Under the pieces are notes generated by a model. That model worked only from the letters and a program-made list of their open reading frames with translations, was not told where the DNA came from and did no database searches. From an uncultured Eubacteriales bacterium (lineage in GTDB: Bacteria > Bacillota > Clostridia > Oscillospirales > Acutalibacteraceae): 46,704 nucleotides of DNA. The position numbers and the translations under genes were made by a program. The stretch's first letter is position 1. Each line of letters starts with the position of its first letter. Positions 46,072-46,704 of this stretch are shown one piece after another. The stretch is from NCBI GenBank assembly GCA_964402095.1, contig CAYOAW010000002.1, positions 1 through 46,704 of the forward strand, read 5' to 3'.

Positions 46072-46704
46072 TTATTTTTTATCCCAAAACATTTTATAAA
46101 AATTAACCAGAACAGATTTTTTATATACGGTCCCGAAATTATCAGTCCACTCGGCAGTGATATAAGATGATCTCGGCCCTTTCCCTGTGTTGGTAATCAT
46201 TCCGTTTTGATCAATCACAACAGAGGCATTATCGGATGTCCATTTCACGCCGGTAGAATTATTGCTGTAAGTTACAAGATCAAGCTTTAATGAAATATTT
46301 TTGTAATATTTGAACAACCCTACCCTGTAATTATAGACATCTCCAAGTTCTGTGGTTCTGTATTTGATTTTTGTGAAACCGGCTAATGTTGTAAATGATT
46401 TTTGTGTACTTGTACGCTCGTCTTCTCCGCCGATCTTAACAAACACTTTAAAGTAATAGGTGGTGCCGGGTTTAAGCTTGTCGGAAAAGTTAAACGACAA
46501 GGATGAAACCGATCCGCTGATAGTTTTTGATATTGTTTGGTCAAGTATTCCGTCGCTTGTACCGTAATGTACTCCGTAACTTTCAATATTGTTTACCGTT
46601 TGCGACAGCGACGCGGTTATGAGGGCATCCGTATAAGTGATATTCGCAAATGCCGCGTATGTAATACTGGTTACGGGATTCTGGCCTGTCGTTTTAAAGG
46701 AAAT
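46072..46704 (-). CDS. C-terminal part of a large surface protein (FN3/Ig-like repeat plus a Big_2-like domain); the 5' end lies outside the window
   Basis: I checked the frame codon by codon from 46500 to the window end and found no stop. KPGTTYYFKVFV (FN3-like) and VKWTSDNASVVIDQNGMITNTGKG (Big_2-like). Confidence 0.65.
   Translation of the reverse strand: MSFKTTGQNPVTSITYAAFANITYTDALITASLSQTVNNIESYGVHYGTSDGILDQTISKTISGSVSSLSFNFSDKLKPGTTYYFKVFVKIGGEDERTSTQKSFTTLAGFTKIKYRTTELGDVYNYRVGLFKYYKNISLKLDLVTYSNNSTGVKWTSDNASVVIDQNGMITNTGKGPRSSYITAEWTDNFGTVYKKSVLVNFYKMFWDKK

Overview
The window reads as a chromosomal segment of a Firmicutes/Clostridia-type genome. That guess rests on protein idiom, GGAGG-type ribosome-binding sites and AT-rich intergenic DNA, and I cannot verify it here. 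Most of the window is housekeeping. It holds an Ldh2-family dehydrogenase tail, malic enzyme, a HAD hydrolase and galM; an OmpR-type response regulator, histidine kinase and HtrA module; a D,D-carboxypeptidase; gdhA; a small membrane FHA protein; proBA; and a heterodimeric ABC exporter. It also holds a SEDS (FtsW/RodA) plus class-B PBP pair; the rpmG-secE-nusG-rplKAJL cluster with an L10-type attenuator leader; a DEAD-box helicase; and an M18-type aminopeptidase, coaE, sua5/tsaC, prfA and a DUF951 gene. I found no tRNA, rRNA, CRISPR array, transposase or integrase. Three regions stand out. (1) nt 23449-30372 is a tightly packed five-gene minus-strand operon. A GlpA-type dehydrogenase trio (DAO/BFD flavoprotein, pyridine-nucleotide-disulfide-type flavoprotein, DUF1667) is interrupted by a PhnP-like metallo-beta-lactamase phosphodiesterase. 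It ends with an alkyl-DHAP-synthase-like (SHHHGIGK motif) FAD-linked oxidase. It is controlled from a mirror-symmetric pair of overlapping divergent promoters shared with a HutC/GntR regulator. I consider this the best candidate for an undescribed pathway. (2) rplL is not followed by rpoBC. A visibly AT-rich segment sits there instead, encoding a secreted protein with a Cys/His domain, a vWA domain, a Big_2 domain and a C-terminal anchor. It has a consensus promoter, a long hairpin-containing leader and a flanking 10-bp direct repeat. (3) Two smaller oddities are a repeat-bracketed structured intergenic segment upstream of the helicase and an AT-rich islet with an orphan 122-aa gene. All family assignments come from motif recognition by eye, not from searches.
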